Shown here: piece by piece, positions 38,601 to 51,868 of the stretch | Layout of the letters: every line of letters starts with the position of its first letter | Position numbering within the stretch: position 1 is the first letter of the stretch | From: Lama glama | Taxonomy: Eukaryota | Length of the DNA stretch: 64,000 nucleotides | Assembly (NCBI GenBank): GCA_028534125.1 | Contig: CM052816.1 | Span: 76,014,001 to 76,078,000, forward strand | Reading direction: 5' to 3' | Made by a program: the position numbers and the translations under genes | The notes under the pieces: generated by a model | Seen by the model: only the letters and a program-made list of their open reading frames with translations | Told to the model about the DNA's origin: nothing | The model's database searches: none

Positions 38601-39495
38601 GAGAGAGAAAGTTCACAGGGTAGTGTGGTGATAAAGAATCCAAAGGAATGTGGGTGGAGCAGTGCCAGTGCCCATTGCATCCTATGTCTGTCCCCGCCCG
38701 GGGCTAACCTACAGCCTTATTAGTCTATACCAGCTCTGCACTTCTCCCTCACAAATGCTGCCTTGGCATGGGGAAAGCTTTGTTTCTCTCTTTGTATGGA
38801 CTTGGCATTTCCTTTCTTTTTCATATTGAAAAATTAAAATGGGATGGTGGTGTTGCCCCTTTTTCATGTACTTGAAGCAAAAATGTGTGTCCACTTCGGT
38901 GTATTCTGTCATGGTGTAAGACCCAAGTCTAGTATGTATAACTAAAACAAATAAAAAGTGATCACATTTCACTGTGTGTTAAGTGATGACATAGGTGGGA
39001 AAAAGAAGTAATATGGATCCTTTCAGAAATGACATGCTAAAAAGTCCTAGAAAAAATTGTGGAATATAGTGATTTGGCTTTTAGGTTATATGTTTATTTA
39101 TAGTTTGGCATAGTTCAAAACATTGATTTGAAATTAGGTGCTAGTCTCGTGAAATTGCACACTGAATTTCTTTTTTCTTTGCAAAAATTATCTCTTTGAG
39201 ATTTATGTTTCATTTTGTTAGTAGCGTTTTGAAGACAATAAGATGTTTTACCAAATATAGTTTAATGTAAAGAGTATAGTAAAACTTCTTAAAACCCTAG
39301 ATGACAGCTGATTTACATTCCCTCCAATGATCTATTCCTTTACTTCCTAAGATGTCATAGCATTCTGGGAGACATGGGCAAGTTGGATCAGTAAACTAAT
39401 GCACTAGTGAAATCCGGATTCTTATTATCGTAGCATGACTCGTCTCTTCCAATGTTTGATCTGATTTGTGAGGATGTGCAGGAAGAAATGCTGCG

Positions 39496-39520
39496 TGTGT
39501 GTGTGTGTGTGTGTGTGTGT
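39496..39520. repeat. (GT)n microsatellite
   Basis: Directly visible. Confidence 0.95.
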
Positions 39521-39699
39521 TTTAAACAGATTTGAATGGTTTCTGTAGTCCCTGATTATTTCATCTCTGGAGGCTAAGGGTTTGAAACAAAGGATGATTT
39601 TCTTCTAAGAAACACTTTTAAATGTGTACCTCTTTCTAAAATAGAATAACAAAATAAAGAATGAAAAAATAAAATGAGTGGACAAGCATGAAATGGATA

Positions 39700-39930
39700 C
39701 CAACTCTGGAATCAGACCTGGTGGGGCTTCTTGCTCTGTAGTTCCAGTTTTTCTGTCTTCCTCAAGATCTATAACTCTCTTTAAGCTGCAGTTTCCTCAT
39801 CTCCAAAATGTGTGTCATAATCATACCCATCTCTTGGAGTGTGGTGAGGACCAGATGACATAATGATGAATGAATGGTGCCTACCACAATGCCCAACCCC
39901 CGGCTAGAACTCAGTAAATGGTAGTGACTA
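39700..39930 (+). mobile_element. MIR SINE
   Basis: ctctggaatcagacctgg..cagtttcctcatctccaaaatg..gtggtgaggac..ctcagtaaatggtag. Confidence 0.75.
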
Positions 39931-42349
39931 CGATTATTATTGCATCATTGGTGTCAGACTAAAAGTAAGGGCATATACAGTGTTCATCTCCCTGTTAGTT
40001 ACTTTAAAATCAGTAATTTTAAACCCACACAGTATTATAATCACAAATTTGAGTGATATATAGCCTTTCTTCCTTCCTTCTTCAGAATTACATGTTAGAT
40101 TCAGATTCAGCATAATATTAAAATACTGACCTTCCCATCTCAATCATATGTATTTTTAAATCAGGAAATACAATCTTTCTTAAATCCCAATGAAACATCA
40201 TAGAAATTCACAGAAGCCTCTCTAGGTTGAACATCATTTTCTGCTTGTTCTTTTTGAGAGAACACTGCACTTGCATCTTAAAACAAAACTACTTCCTCTG
40301 TTTCAAGTACAGCAAAGGCAAATCGTTTCCTAATTCCAGCCACAATGGCGCTCTGTGAATTTTGTCTATTAATTCACTACAAACCTAAGCTAAAGCACAT
40401 ACTAGGGCTGTCATTATAAAATGGACCATAGATTTAAAGCAAACAAGCCAACAAACACACAAACAAATTAAACCAGAAGATTTACATTACAAGATAGAAT
40501 TGAAGATTTCTGAGATCAGCTGGGCTAATGATATGGGCTAATGTCTCAGATCATGGACAAGCCCTGCAAGGGTTGAGTTAATAGCCCTAGTTGATTTTAT
40601 TATGAAAAGGTTAACAATAGACAGGCAAGCGCTGGTCTGTCTGCTTCGCATGTGTGTTAAAATCATGTTCCTAAAGAATGCCTGAAAGTCAGATAGTCCC
40701 TGGATGTTTTTCCTTGCAAATAGACATTTGTTGATGATTTTACTATGAAAAATAGAGACTAGCGACTACTTGCTGAACTAAAATTTGTCTTGTGGTACCA
40801 TTTTCCTAAACAAATCCGAGTATTATTATTTCTTTCTCTTTCCTAAATCCCCCGAAAGTGAGACTTTGTAAGAAGCAATATAAAACTGATAAAGAGGGTC
40901 AAACTGCTCTTTACATCAAATGGCACTGACCAAAAGCTGGACCATATTTTTTGTGATCTGGAAGAAGCCATACCTGTCATGTCTGCAGGGTTTGAACACC
41001 TCTGCACTAATATTGGAAAAATATCCAAACCTTTTATTTACTAGAAATCAGTACATTTGAACTCCTGCTGAACAGGAATTGTTCCTGACTCTGTGTCTCC
41101 TGTAATACAGAGATACTGAAACCCCGGGCTCTTGTGAGGATTAAATAAAAGAATATATTTAAAATCTCTACACAATGCTCACAACTGTGAATTTGTACTC
41201 AGTAGTAAGGTTCCCCTTTTCCCTTGACTCTGAGTTCAAGACAGTGTTGGAAATTTCAGCAAAATGACATACAGCCATGAATAAGACAGGGTAGAAATTG
41301 CTTAAGTGCCTGATGTCTAGTGCAGACCGGAAAAGCAGGGGGAACCCTGACCAAGGAGAGGTCAGTGGGATGCCATAGTCAGTTTATAATGAGACATGAC
41401 CTGGCATTTTGGCGGAGCTAATATTGTGAGGAAAGGTATTTATTATAGCTTTAATGTTTAGTGTATTTTAGATTAGTTTACATCCTTGAAAAATGGTAAG
41501 TTGTAAATAATAAATATGCCAAATGTTGTGGTACCAGAATATGTGGCCTTTCAGTATACTGAGTGCTTTGTGTAGTTAAAGTGGTCAAATGACAGTTTAT
41601 TTATGTTTCAATTTAGGCATATTCTAAATTGCTTTCTCAGAAGTTTCTGGCTAAGACTGATTTATCTTTTTTTGGTACATGTAGAATTTATCAGACTGAG
41701 TGTGACATGGTAAATGTGAATTGACAGTTTTGCTAAAGATAATCTCTAATTGAAACTTGCTAATTCTCAAAACAAGTTACTTCTGAATCTTTTATAAATT
41801 GATACTGCACTCTTGATAATTAGGATTTAAGGGAACAGAAATTACCAAGTTACAGCAAAATGTTTCGCTGTAAGTGCTATTGGAAAGCTCTGACAGAAAA
41901 ACCTGACAGTTCTCGGGGGAAAGTTTTTTAAAAAATTTTTAATATGAATGACCTACTTCATCTCTTGTGGCATCACCTGAAGCTTTATCATGAGTTGAAC
42001 TTGGTGATAGAGAACAAAATCCAGGTGGAATCCTGAAAGAGGCATACTCAAACTTTGAATTAGCCTAAAGAGTCATTTGATCTGTACATTTTATTGGAAA
42101 TTTCCTGAATTTAGGAGGCATTGTGGCAGGATGGGAAAGGCATTAGTTCAGGAACTGAAGAGAGATGGATCCAAATATTGGTCCACCAGTGAGGACTGCT
42201 ATCCTTGTGTAAGTTATTTAAATCTTTAAGCCTTAAGTTTACCATCAGTAAGAAACAAAGACACAACAATAACAGCAAAAAACCAACTCAACTCATTTCA
42301 CAGAGTTATTATCAAGATACACTCATTTATATAACAGGTGGTTGTGGAG

Positions 42350-43125
42350 TGTCTTCTAAGTGTCAGGCACCATGCTGGACACTCTCCACGTGACAGGAAG
42401 CAAAATCAGGCTGGATCTGTGCTCTCATAGAGCTTGAGAGACAGGCAACACTCAGAAACACCCAAGAATACACGTAGAATCACTGCTTCGGGAGGTTTTG
42501 CAAAGGCAAAAAATACGGTTCTGGGGCTAGATTGACTTGTCCAGTTTTATAATGCTTCATTGAGGAAATGGATTTTGAGCTTTAATTTGAAGGCAGAGGA
42601 GAGTGTGAGGAATGAAGAGAGGTCCCAGTAGAGGGAACAGCAGGTACTAAGGCCAGATGGAGATAGGACTGAAAGAAGGCCAGTGAGGCTACAGCAGAGA
42701 GAATGAGGAGCAACTTGCTATCAGCTGAGACTCAAAACAGAAAAAGGGCTTAATCTTCAAGTAATGAAAAGGCACTGAAGGGTTTTAAGATGTGGGGTGA
42801 CAATCAGATTTTGTGGCTATGGCTCATAAAGGGCAAGATAACAGTTAGGGGGCTGTTGTATCATCTGGATGAACAAGTGACTGCCTTGACTAGGGTATCG
42901 TGGGGTTATGGGGAGAAATGAGATAATTTGAGAGATTCTCATGATGGATGGACTGAGTACAGGGGTGGCTGAGAGAGAGTTGTCCAGGGTTGTCTGAATG
43001 GTTGGATGGCGGTTTCTTTTGAGTAGGAAACCACTGCAGGGGAGAGAGCATAACTCAGTTTTTACTACATTTGAAATTCTTTTGAGATACTCAAATGCAC
43101 GTGTCAAGAAGAATTTAGATTTTAG
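42350..43125 (-). mobile_element. L2 fragment
   Basis: gtgtcaggcaccatgctgg..tgctctcatagagctt..agagggaacagcaggtactaaggcc..gaaagaaggccagtgaggct..ggcactgaagggttttaag. Confidence 0.75.
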
Positions 43126-43129
43126 AGAA

Positions 43130-44648
43130 GATAAATCTTGTCATTTTCTTTTTCTTTCTTCTACTTGTATCTTCAACTCACTTTATTTTGGATCTTTCCT
43201 TATCAGCCTTTTAAACATTCTCAGGACTTTCCCAGTTTACAAACATGAAAAAATTCTAAAAAAGGACTCTCTTTTGCATCATATTTCTCTTAGTCATTGC
43301 CTCATTCTCATAGTCAAGCTTTCAGAAGTTACTGCATTCACTGTTTCCATTTTCTTAACTCTTAGTCACACCTACACTTACCAGTTTTTTTCTGACCTCA
43401 CCTCCAACAAACTGCCTTGCCAAATGGCGTGTTCTCTGCCTGCTACTTCTTCGAAATTCAAATCAGTATGTGTGAGTGCTTACTGAACTTGGTACCGTTA
43501 AGGCATCTCAAACTCAATTCATCTAAACCCAAATTCTTGGTTATCTTCCTCCAAACTTGAAGGGTCTCCAGTAAATGACTCATAATTCACCCAGTTGCAC
43601 AAGCTGGAAACTGGGGTTTATTCTTGTCATTTTTTTTAATCCCTTTTATTGCTCTTCTCCTGTGTTCAATCATTGTAGACTTGTCACTTCTACTTTCTAA
43701 ATATGTGCCTATTTCTCTTTATTTTTATTGCCATCACTCTAGTCCAAGGTTCTCTACTTTGGCACTGTTGACATTAGGGAGACTGGGTAATTCTTTGCTT
43801 TTAGGGGGGCTGTCTTGTGCACTGTAGGGTGTTGACAGTGTCCTTGGTCTCTACTCACGATATGCCAGTAGTACCACTATCCCTACTTATAACAACCAAG
43901 TATGTCTCTAGACATTGCAGCATGTGCTTTTGGGCAGGGGAGGAAGAGTCATGGTGTAAACTTGCCCTCATTTGAGAACTGCTGCTTTGTCCAAGTCACC
44001 ATCATTTCTTCCTTGAACTTTTATAGGCTAACTGGTCTCCATATGTGATTCATTTGAAACCATTCTTTATCTGTTGCTACAGTGATTAAAAAAAAAGTAA
44101 CCTGCAAATCTATTTATATCATTCCTCTGCTCCCAAAACCTCAGTGTCTTTGCATGGCTCTTAGAATAAAAGCAAAATCCTAATAAGACCTATAAGGTAT
44201 GATTAAATCTGCCTCTGCCCATTCGTAAAGCCCCATTTCATATTCTGTCCTCATTCTTGGTCCACTCAGGCAACTTTGACCATTTTTCACTTTATTCTGT
44301 CTCAGATCCTTTGCACACGCTGTTCTCTTGTCTGAAATGCCCTTTGTTCCCCTTTCTCTATTTCCTCATTCCCAATTTGGCTTTGCTAATGTTTATTTGT
44401 CCTTCAAAACTTCCTCTGTTATATGCTATTAACACTCCACAGAGTTAGTCTTCTTCATAGAAGAAGGCTTCTCTACAGTCTTCTTCACAACATGTACTGA
44501 TATGCATAATTGTGTAGTTGGGTGTTTAATGTCTGTATTGAACTCTGCAAGGCTAGGGACCATCTTCTTTTGGTTCAGCAATATATCTCCATTGTACAGG
44601 GGGTGCTCTACTCATAGGCAGCACTCAATACAGTGTTGAATGGATAAA
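43130..44648 (+). mobile_element. L2 fragment including 3' end, interrupted by MER20
   Basis: aggcatctcaaactcaa..cacccagttgcacaagctggaaactgggg..cttagaataaaagcaaaatcct..gcactcaatacagtgttgaatggataaat. Confidence 0.75.
43745..43984 (-). mobile_element. MER20 MITE
   Basis: caaggttctctactttggcactgttgacatt..gggggctgtcttgtgcactgtagggtgtt..atgtctctagacattgc..ttgagaactgctg. Confidence 0.88.
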
Positions 44649-45934
44649 TTAGTAATTAAATATGAATGTGAGGTCTATAGATGAAATATCAGTTTGCTCT
44701 GGTAGGAATGTTTTATTGTGATTGAATTTTGAAAACTGGAGGCATGAGCTAGTTTCTGATCTACTTATAGTAAATTGCTGTCTATTCATGCTGTAAAAAA
44801 TAAAATCTGTTTTAACACACTTTGAGTTTTTAGGTTTAGGTGTGCTATGCAATATTTCTTCCTTTTTTTTTTTCTGTCAGCCTCTAGAGGGGAACTCTAG
44901 CCTGGAAGTGGAGGAATATATAAATTTGGCTCACGAGGTTAAAAAAAAAATTGGTATAGTGAACCATGAGGTAGTTGTGAGGCTTGCCCACAAATATCTG
45001 CAAAATACATGTATTGCTATTCATATACTGCAATAAAATTACCTCCCCTCTGGGAGTTGGCTGAGAAGAATTTAGTATTTAATGAAAGGTTGACTCAGTA
45101 AGTCATATTTTCCAAATCAGAAAATAAAACTTTAAGAGGAAGAGTCTTGGACAACTGTTCTGTGATTTTGTAGACATTAGGACTTGACTTGAAGCTACCT
45201 TTAATTACACAAGCCTTCTGGAAGTACAGTTAGTGAAAAGGGGTACAATATGGAATTTGAATAATTTTATCTATTGAAATGTTCCTGGTTATTAATGTAA
45301 TGTTCAACACTTACCCATCTTCTAAACTATTTAGGCAAAGTCTAAACATAGCATTTTCCCTTTTCCATGAAAGTAGAAAGAAAGCTATCAATAAAGAGAA
45401 AGCAGATGTTTAATTTGGGTAATAAATGACAGTAATCTGGGGTTGGTTAGCTTCATGACTATCCATCTTAAACCTATTTTGTCATAATCCTATAATGTCT
45501 GGTTGTTACAGGCTCTGTTTCACCACAATCTGGGTGCCATTGGGCCAGTGATACTAGCCATACAGACGTACAGTTGAATGTAGAAGCTGTGTTCCTCCAG
45601 TAATTAACTGATCTTTTAATTTTTCTATATAGTGTGGGAAACAGAATAGTTTGATGGAGTCTGATGTGATACCTGAGTAAGTGCCAACGTACTGGCATAT
45701 TCCTTTCTCTTTTTTCATTGTAAAAATAATGTCACAACATTGAAGAAAGATTACCTCCTGAATAGTATCTATGGTCTCACTATTCTAATAAAATGAATTT
45801 CCTATTTACATTTAAAAACCAACTCCGTATTTTCACACATAATTGCACACTATTTTATAATGGCTACATTTCACTTCATAAGATCGATGTGTGATAATTT
45901 AATCAATCACTCCCTATTTATTTAACTTACAAGT

Positions 45935-46275
45935 TACCTTGAATTTGTGTATTTATGTCTTTTACCCAGTTTGGCAAGGTTTCATCCATTATCTCTGTAA
46001 ATATTTTTTCTGCACCAAACTCTTCTTTTCCATCTGGGATTCTGATGACACCAACATTAGCTTTTCTTGATATTGGGCCATCAGTTCTTGAGCATATGTT
46101 CACGAATTTTAAAAAATTCTCTATTATTTAGATAACTTTTATTGATCCATCTTCAAGTTTCTTGATTTTCTTCCTCTATTATTGCCATTCTCTATGAAGT
46201 CCATCCAATGAGTTTTTATTTTGGTTGTATATTTTAGTTCTAAAACTTCCATTTGTTTTTTTTAAAAAATAGTTT
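45935..46275 (-). mobile_element. Old L1M ORF1-region fragment
   Basis: ccagtttggcaaggtttcatccattatctctgtaaatattttttctgcacc..catctgggattctgatgacac.. Confidence 0.7.
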
Positions 46276-46694
46276 ATCCTTAAGAGTTTTTTCAAGGCTA
46301 TGATGTAGTAAACAAAATCATACACCCAATTTTCTTATTCAAATTCTGCTCTGTTTGTATCTATAAAATTTATTGAGTTAAAATATAAGCTTTAAAAAAT
46401 CATTGTTAGATGTAGAAGTTAATTTTATGTCCAATACAGAAAACTTCTTTTGCAATGTGATATATTGGAAACGTAAGTAATACTCCTGAAAGTTAGCATT
46501 GGAAATGATCAGAGAAAATGCTGGAATTTTATTTTCCAGTAACCCCTAGAGAAGTCTCTTTGGAAGAAAAAAATAAAAGGTGAAAATCTGCCACAATTTT
46601 GTGGACAGTGGGTAGACCATATCTTATAAAATGTGGTGATTATGATTTGTTAGTCTCCGGTTGTTCCTGAGAGAATTTTTTATTCATTTTTGCT

Positions 46695-47160
46695 TTTCAT
46701 TTAATTATAATTGAAACAGTATTATATTAGTTTCAGGTGTATAGCATAGTGGTTTTTAATTACGAAATGATCACCATGGTAAGTCTAGTTACCATCTGTC
46801 ACCATACAGAGTTATTACAATATTATTGACTATATTCCCTATGCTGTACATTGTACCCTGGGACTTATTTATTTTATAACTGGAAGTGTGTACCTCTTCA
46901 TGTCCCTTACTAATTTCACTCATTTCCCCCCTCACTCTGATGACTACCAGTTTTTTCTCTGTGTCTATGAGTCTTTTTGTGTTTTATTTCACTTGTTTTT
47001 TTCATTTTTTAGAGTCCATATATAAATAAAATCATATGACATTTATCTTTCTCTGTCTGGACTTATTTCACTTAGCGTAATACCCTTTAGATCCATCCAT
47101 GAGACATACACTGTGTCTTTATCCCTTCACCTATCAATGATCACTTAGATTGCTTTCATT
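46695..47160 (-). mobile_element. L1 3' end
   Basis: attatattagtttcaggtgtatagcatagtg..gactatattccctatgctgtac..acttatttcacttagcgtaataccct. Confidence 0.9.
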
Positions 47161-47354
47161 CTGAGATGATTTTTTAAATAATATATTTTAAATTTAGATA
47201 TTGTAGGGTTCCCCCCAATTAATGATTTATATTTTTAGAAAAGTGATCTTTTATGATTTAAGGCATATTATAATGCTCATAATGAAAAGGGGTTGTCTTA
47301 ATTCTATGTATCTATTAAAACTAAATTACTTGTTATCAATAATTAAAGCCAATA

Positions 47355-47575
47355 TTTATTGCACAGTGCTATATACCAGATGTTTTTAATTAATTAAGCA
47401 GAGGATTAAATAGGATAGTTAAATATGTCAGCTGAATGAAGTAGATACCTTATTATCACCATTTAAAAAATCAGGGCATTGAAGTACAGAGAGCTTATTC
47501 AGTTGCCCCAGGTTGCCTAAATGGTGAGTAGAAAGGCCAGGATTCAATCCAGCTATTTTGATTCCAGATCCTTCT
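47355..47575 (-). mobile_element. MIR SINE
   Basis: gtagataccttattatcaccattt..cagttgccccaggttg..ggccaggattcaatccag. Confidence 0.65.
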
Positions 47576-47958
47576 TTTCTTTTCTTTTTGCTACCAGTAC
47601 TATTGAACATATATACTCATAGGGGTAGGGAATACAGAGATTACAAGAAGCAATGCTTTTCTAAAAGTCTCTTTAGGAAATAGACAGACAGAGAAATGGA
47701 ATACAGTGTAATAATTTTTATAGTGAAGGTATGTACATGTGTGCTGTGGGAGGCAAGACAAGAAAGTGGGAAGTCGGCTTTGGAAGTTAGGTCGGGCTTG
47801 GCAGAGAACCTAACAAATAGTTGTCTCCAAAGTGTTGAAAGTGGGTAACTGCATTTCCACCAAACCACAGATCTAAATATGGTGTGTTCAGGGAATGCGC
47901 CTGTGATTCTTCCTAAAATCAGAGCAATTCTGCCTGCATATACATGAACCCTGACTCT

Positions 47959-48560
47959 TGTATTTGTTGTTTTGATTGCAGAAAGCAGAAACCATCCAAG
48001 CTAGTTTAAATAGAAAAATATTTGACATGGGGAACTGGGTGCTTTCAATTTTAATAGAAGAGCTGGAATACAGGCTCTGGGCCAAGCTTCTAGGAATGAG
48101 TCTCCCATAAACACCATAGAATTGGCTTGCTGAGGGGGTTGCATCCTCTTCCCTGACCAGCATGTGGGGACTTCTCCTTCAGCTTGGGAATCAGAAAGCA
48201 GCAGCCTGCCTCTCTACCACCACACACACCGCCTCAGCAGCAGTCAGTAGTTCAGCAAACCAACACAATTGGTGGTTCTAAAATCACACCTCCTGTCGTC
48301 CATGCCAACAAAATGGATTCACTCTCTTAACAGCCTTAAAGCAAGCAACCAGTCAGTCACTACAGCTGCTACTGTTGTAGAAATCCAAACACCTCCACCA
48401 CCACGCTTGCCAGCAGAAATATTTGACGCAGCCAAAGAATGGTCTCTCTCTCATTCTGTGATCCAAGTATAAGTCACCTCTCAGTCTAAATCACATTTGG
48501 AAATTTAGCTGCAGGGAAGTCTGAGAAACGTCATTTTAGTTTCCTGATTTTGCTTTATGA
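47959..48560 (-). mobile_element. Old MaLR-class (MLT1-like) LTR
   Basis: gattgcagaaagcagaaaccatccaagctagtttaaatagaaaa..tagctgcagggaagtctgagaaacgtcattttagtttcctg. Confidence 0.55.
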
Positions 48561-51368
48561 AATGGTATATCTAAAAGGGTTAAAAGGTTTCTGAACTCGT
48601 GCTCTGAAGTACCTCCCCCATCTCAGTATCTGCTAAGGTGGTAGAAAAGTGAATGGAACAGAGGCCCAGAATTCTTCACTCTGAGTAGATACCTTCGTGT
48701 GATCACCTTCACATATTATGTCTTGTTTTTTTTAATGATGTCTCTTTCTCAAAACTGGTTTAGACTCTTGGATTTGTTTCCAGGACTTGTGTTTTTTTCA
48801 TCGAATAGTATCGATTATGATGAGTATTTGTCTATTGGAAATGAATTTGAGTACTGGAAACAGTACTAAATAATGGTAAATGAGATAGATTGCCATGTTG
48901 AATAATACTGTTTAGCTCAAAAAATTCACAAAAAACATATACTTTCAGCCAAGGCATTGTCATAGTGAAAAAAACAGTCCTTGTGTGGCAGTCCAGGCCA
49001 TGTGCCTCACCCTCCACTACCTGCAATGCTGCAATCATTAACTCAGGCATTTACTGGACATTTAGTTTGTGCAATGGTTGTGCAATGTTTTGCAACATTT
49101 AAAACTTATATTTGTGCTTTGCTTTATAGCTCTTTTACAGTGTGCCTTCCTGTATGTTATCTTATTTTATATGAATAACCAGTTTATCTTTCAAAAGGAA
49201 ACTGAGGTCTAGAGACTTTACTGTTAAGAATGCCAAATGAAATGAATAGTTCCACTGGATATTTTATTTTTTGAAATTAATTTCATATAATAAATGTCAT
49301 CCATATTCCTAGACTGAACCCATTTTGTTTTTACTTGTGATTTTTGATATATATTTTTCCTGGGTTGTATTAGAAATTATTTTCCTCTATACAGTGTATA
49401 ATGGATGCCTAAGACCCTTGGCTTGCTTTCTTTATTTTTTTAAAGATCAACTCTTAGCAACTTTCAAATATGCAATGTAGTATTATCAAGAGTAGTCTTT
49501 AGTTTGCTTGTTTTGTTTTTACTGGTTTCCATGTAGATAGATTTCTATAATCTATTTTATAGTCATTTCTCCTTTATAGCACGTAGGATGATGCAAATCA
49601 CCACAAAAGTAAACAAGAAAAACTGGATCAATGCATAAATCAAACGGATAAGTAGATGGATGGATGGATGGATGGATTGAAAGCTAAAAAGAAAGAGAAT
49701 TTTTTTTTGGTGCTTTATAGCAAGGAAAAAAAGGCTTAGAAACATCCTAATTAGAATTATATCAACCCTTAGTTCTGAAAAAGTTGTTAATAGTGGAAAA
49801 ATCAGAATCAGAAATAGGATAGTTGGTATGCAGATAAATTCATTTTTAAAATATTTGCTTAGAAGAAGTTAGAATTCATGAAAATATAAAGTAAACTCAT
49901 CTTTATTTTGTCCCTTTTAGTAGAGTAGGTAAATAACACATAATAAGAGTAGTGCAAAAAAAAAATACAAATGGATTCAACAGAATATAAAATCTTATCA
50001 CCTATAACAATTAAAATTATATATGCAGCAGCTTTGCCATAATTAAATGTATGTATAAGTGCAACTCTAATAAAATGCAGAACTCAGTGCAACACTTGTG
50101 CAAGAGATGTGCCCAGACAGCAGCAGGGGTTCATTTTGTTCCACCTCCTACTATTCATTCTTGCAATCTTGCCCACCCTATCTTCTTCCTGCTTATTCTA
50201 GGCTTGTTTTGGCCTTCCCATGGTTTGTAAGGGACTTGATTGATTAGTTGTAATTAATATACTGTTGCTTAGGAAAGGTCCCCAACCTTCTTTTGTTGCA
50301 AAACTAATAGATCACAGGAAGAAGAGGTCTATATTAACATTCAAAGCTTACCAGGTTGTTACTGGGTTTCATGATCTCTTAAGCCTTTTTCTGATAAGGA
50401 CTGTCTTCATCCTAAATTGGTTCCTAATAAATCAGATTCACTTTGTTGTCCTTAAAAATCCAACTTTTAACAATTAACATTTATTTCTGAACAAAATATA
50501 ACAGTGTTGAACATTATCACAAGATATAAGGTTTAAAAAGTTAATTTAAGCAACATGACAGTTAACTTCTAGCTGATGAAGTTAATCTTATGTTTCAGTA
50601 AAATCACTCAGCTGCTTATGCTGACCAAACAATTTGGTGGCAGTGCAAGAGAGGATAAATGGCTATCAAATGTTGCATAAAACAAAGAAGGCAAAGAGTG
50701 AGTACAAAGGTGTGGTTAGTCGTTGCAAAAAAAAAAAAAAAAAAAGCCCAATTGAAACATCAACAAATTCTGTAGCTGAGAACATGCTACCTTAAGTACA
50801 TGAAATATTACAACCTTTGGTGGTCAACTTTGTGAGTTAACTCTTTTCACACAGATTTAATTCATTTTAGCAGCTCTCCGCAGTATTTTGCTCAGACCAC
50901 ATATGACGAGTTGTGAAAACTTATCAACAGCTCGGAAAAAAACAACAAAAACACTCAGGGATCCCTGAGAAAAAGAAAGCTAAACAATGAATAAAAAGAA
51001 TGTCTAGAATTTGTGAAAGTATGAGTTGATAACTGAAAATATAGATCTGATGGCATTCTGTTATTTCAGAGCACCTGTCCTGATTTTATTTAAGGTTAAA
51101 ATTATTTAAGAGATTATGATCTTTGCTTCCATGGTATACTCTGGAACTGATGATAAAATACTGTGTCTTTCACCTGGTATGTCTTATTCAATCAGAAGAC
51201 ACTGTGAAAATACACCTCTGGGGTAATGTTCATGACCACTGGGTAGAGAAGTCGAGGCATGGATAGACATGTAGCCAGATATCAACTTCTGTTCCAGCTA
51301 TTACAATTCTTCACATGTGCATTCATATCTCACAAAAGTTGAGTCAGTTTTTTTCTTTTTTATCACAC

Positions 51369-51868
51369 NNNNNNNNNNNNNNNNNNNNNNNNNNNNNNNN
51401 NNNNNNNNNNNNNNNNNNNNNNNNNNNNNNNNNNNNNNNNNNNNNNNNNNNNNNNNNNNNNNNNNNNNNNNNNNNNNNNNNNNNNNNNNNNNNNNNNNNN
51501 NNNNNNNNNNNNNNNNNNNNNNNNNNNNNNNNNNNNNNNNNNNNNNNNNNNNNNNNNNNNNNNNNNNNNNNNNNNNNNNNNNNNNNNNNNNNNNNNNNNN
51601 NNNNNNNNNNNNNNNNNNNNNNNNNNNNNNNNNNNNNNNNNNNNNNNNNNNNNNNNNNNNNNNNNNNNNNNNNNNNNNNNNNNNNNNNNNNNNNNNNNNN
51701 NNNNNNNNNNNNNNNNNNNNNNNNNNNNNNNNNNNNNNNNNNNNNNNNNNNNNNNNNNNNNNNNNNNNNNNNNNNNNNNNNNNNNNNNNNNNNNNNNNNN
51801 NNNNNNNNNNNNNNNNNNNNNNNNNNNNNNNNNNNNNNNNNNNNNNNNNNNNNNNNNNNNNNNNNNNN
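51369..51868. other. Assembly gap (500 N)
   Basis: Run of N. Confidence 1.

Larger units (their letters stand above)
37747..38680 (-). mobile_element. Old ERVL-class LTR (LTR16/LTR33-like), interrupted by an L1 end and a SINE
   Basis: Begins tgtattttaggttgactttcccagaagcattctctgagatgaggat; continues tttattagtgagtgtt..agcaaagtccc..ggagctagagtattt. Confidence 0.5.

Noticed and set aside
42998..43486. 162-aa ORF
   Set aside because: Spans two oppositely oriented L2 remnants; composition (L/S/F-rich) is typical of T-rich non-coding DNA.
44966..44985. let-7-like word tgaggtagttgtgagg
   Set aside because: Only the first 9 nt match let-7; no mature-length match or supporting hairpin is visible.
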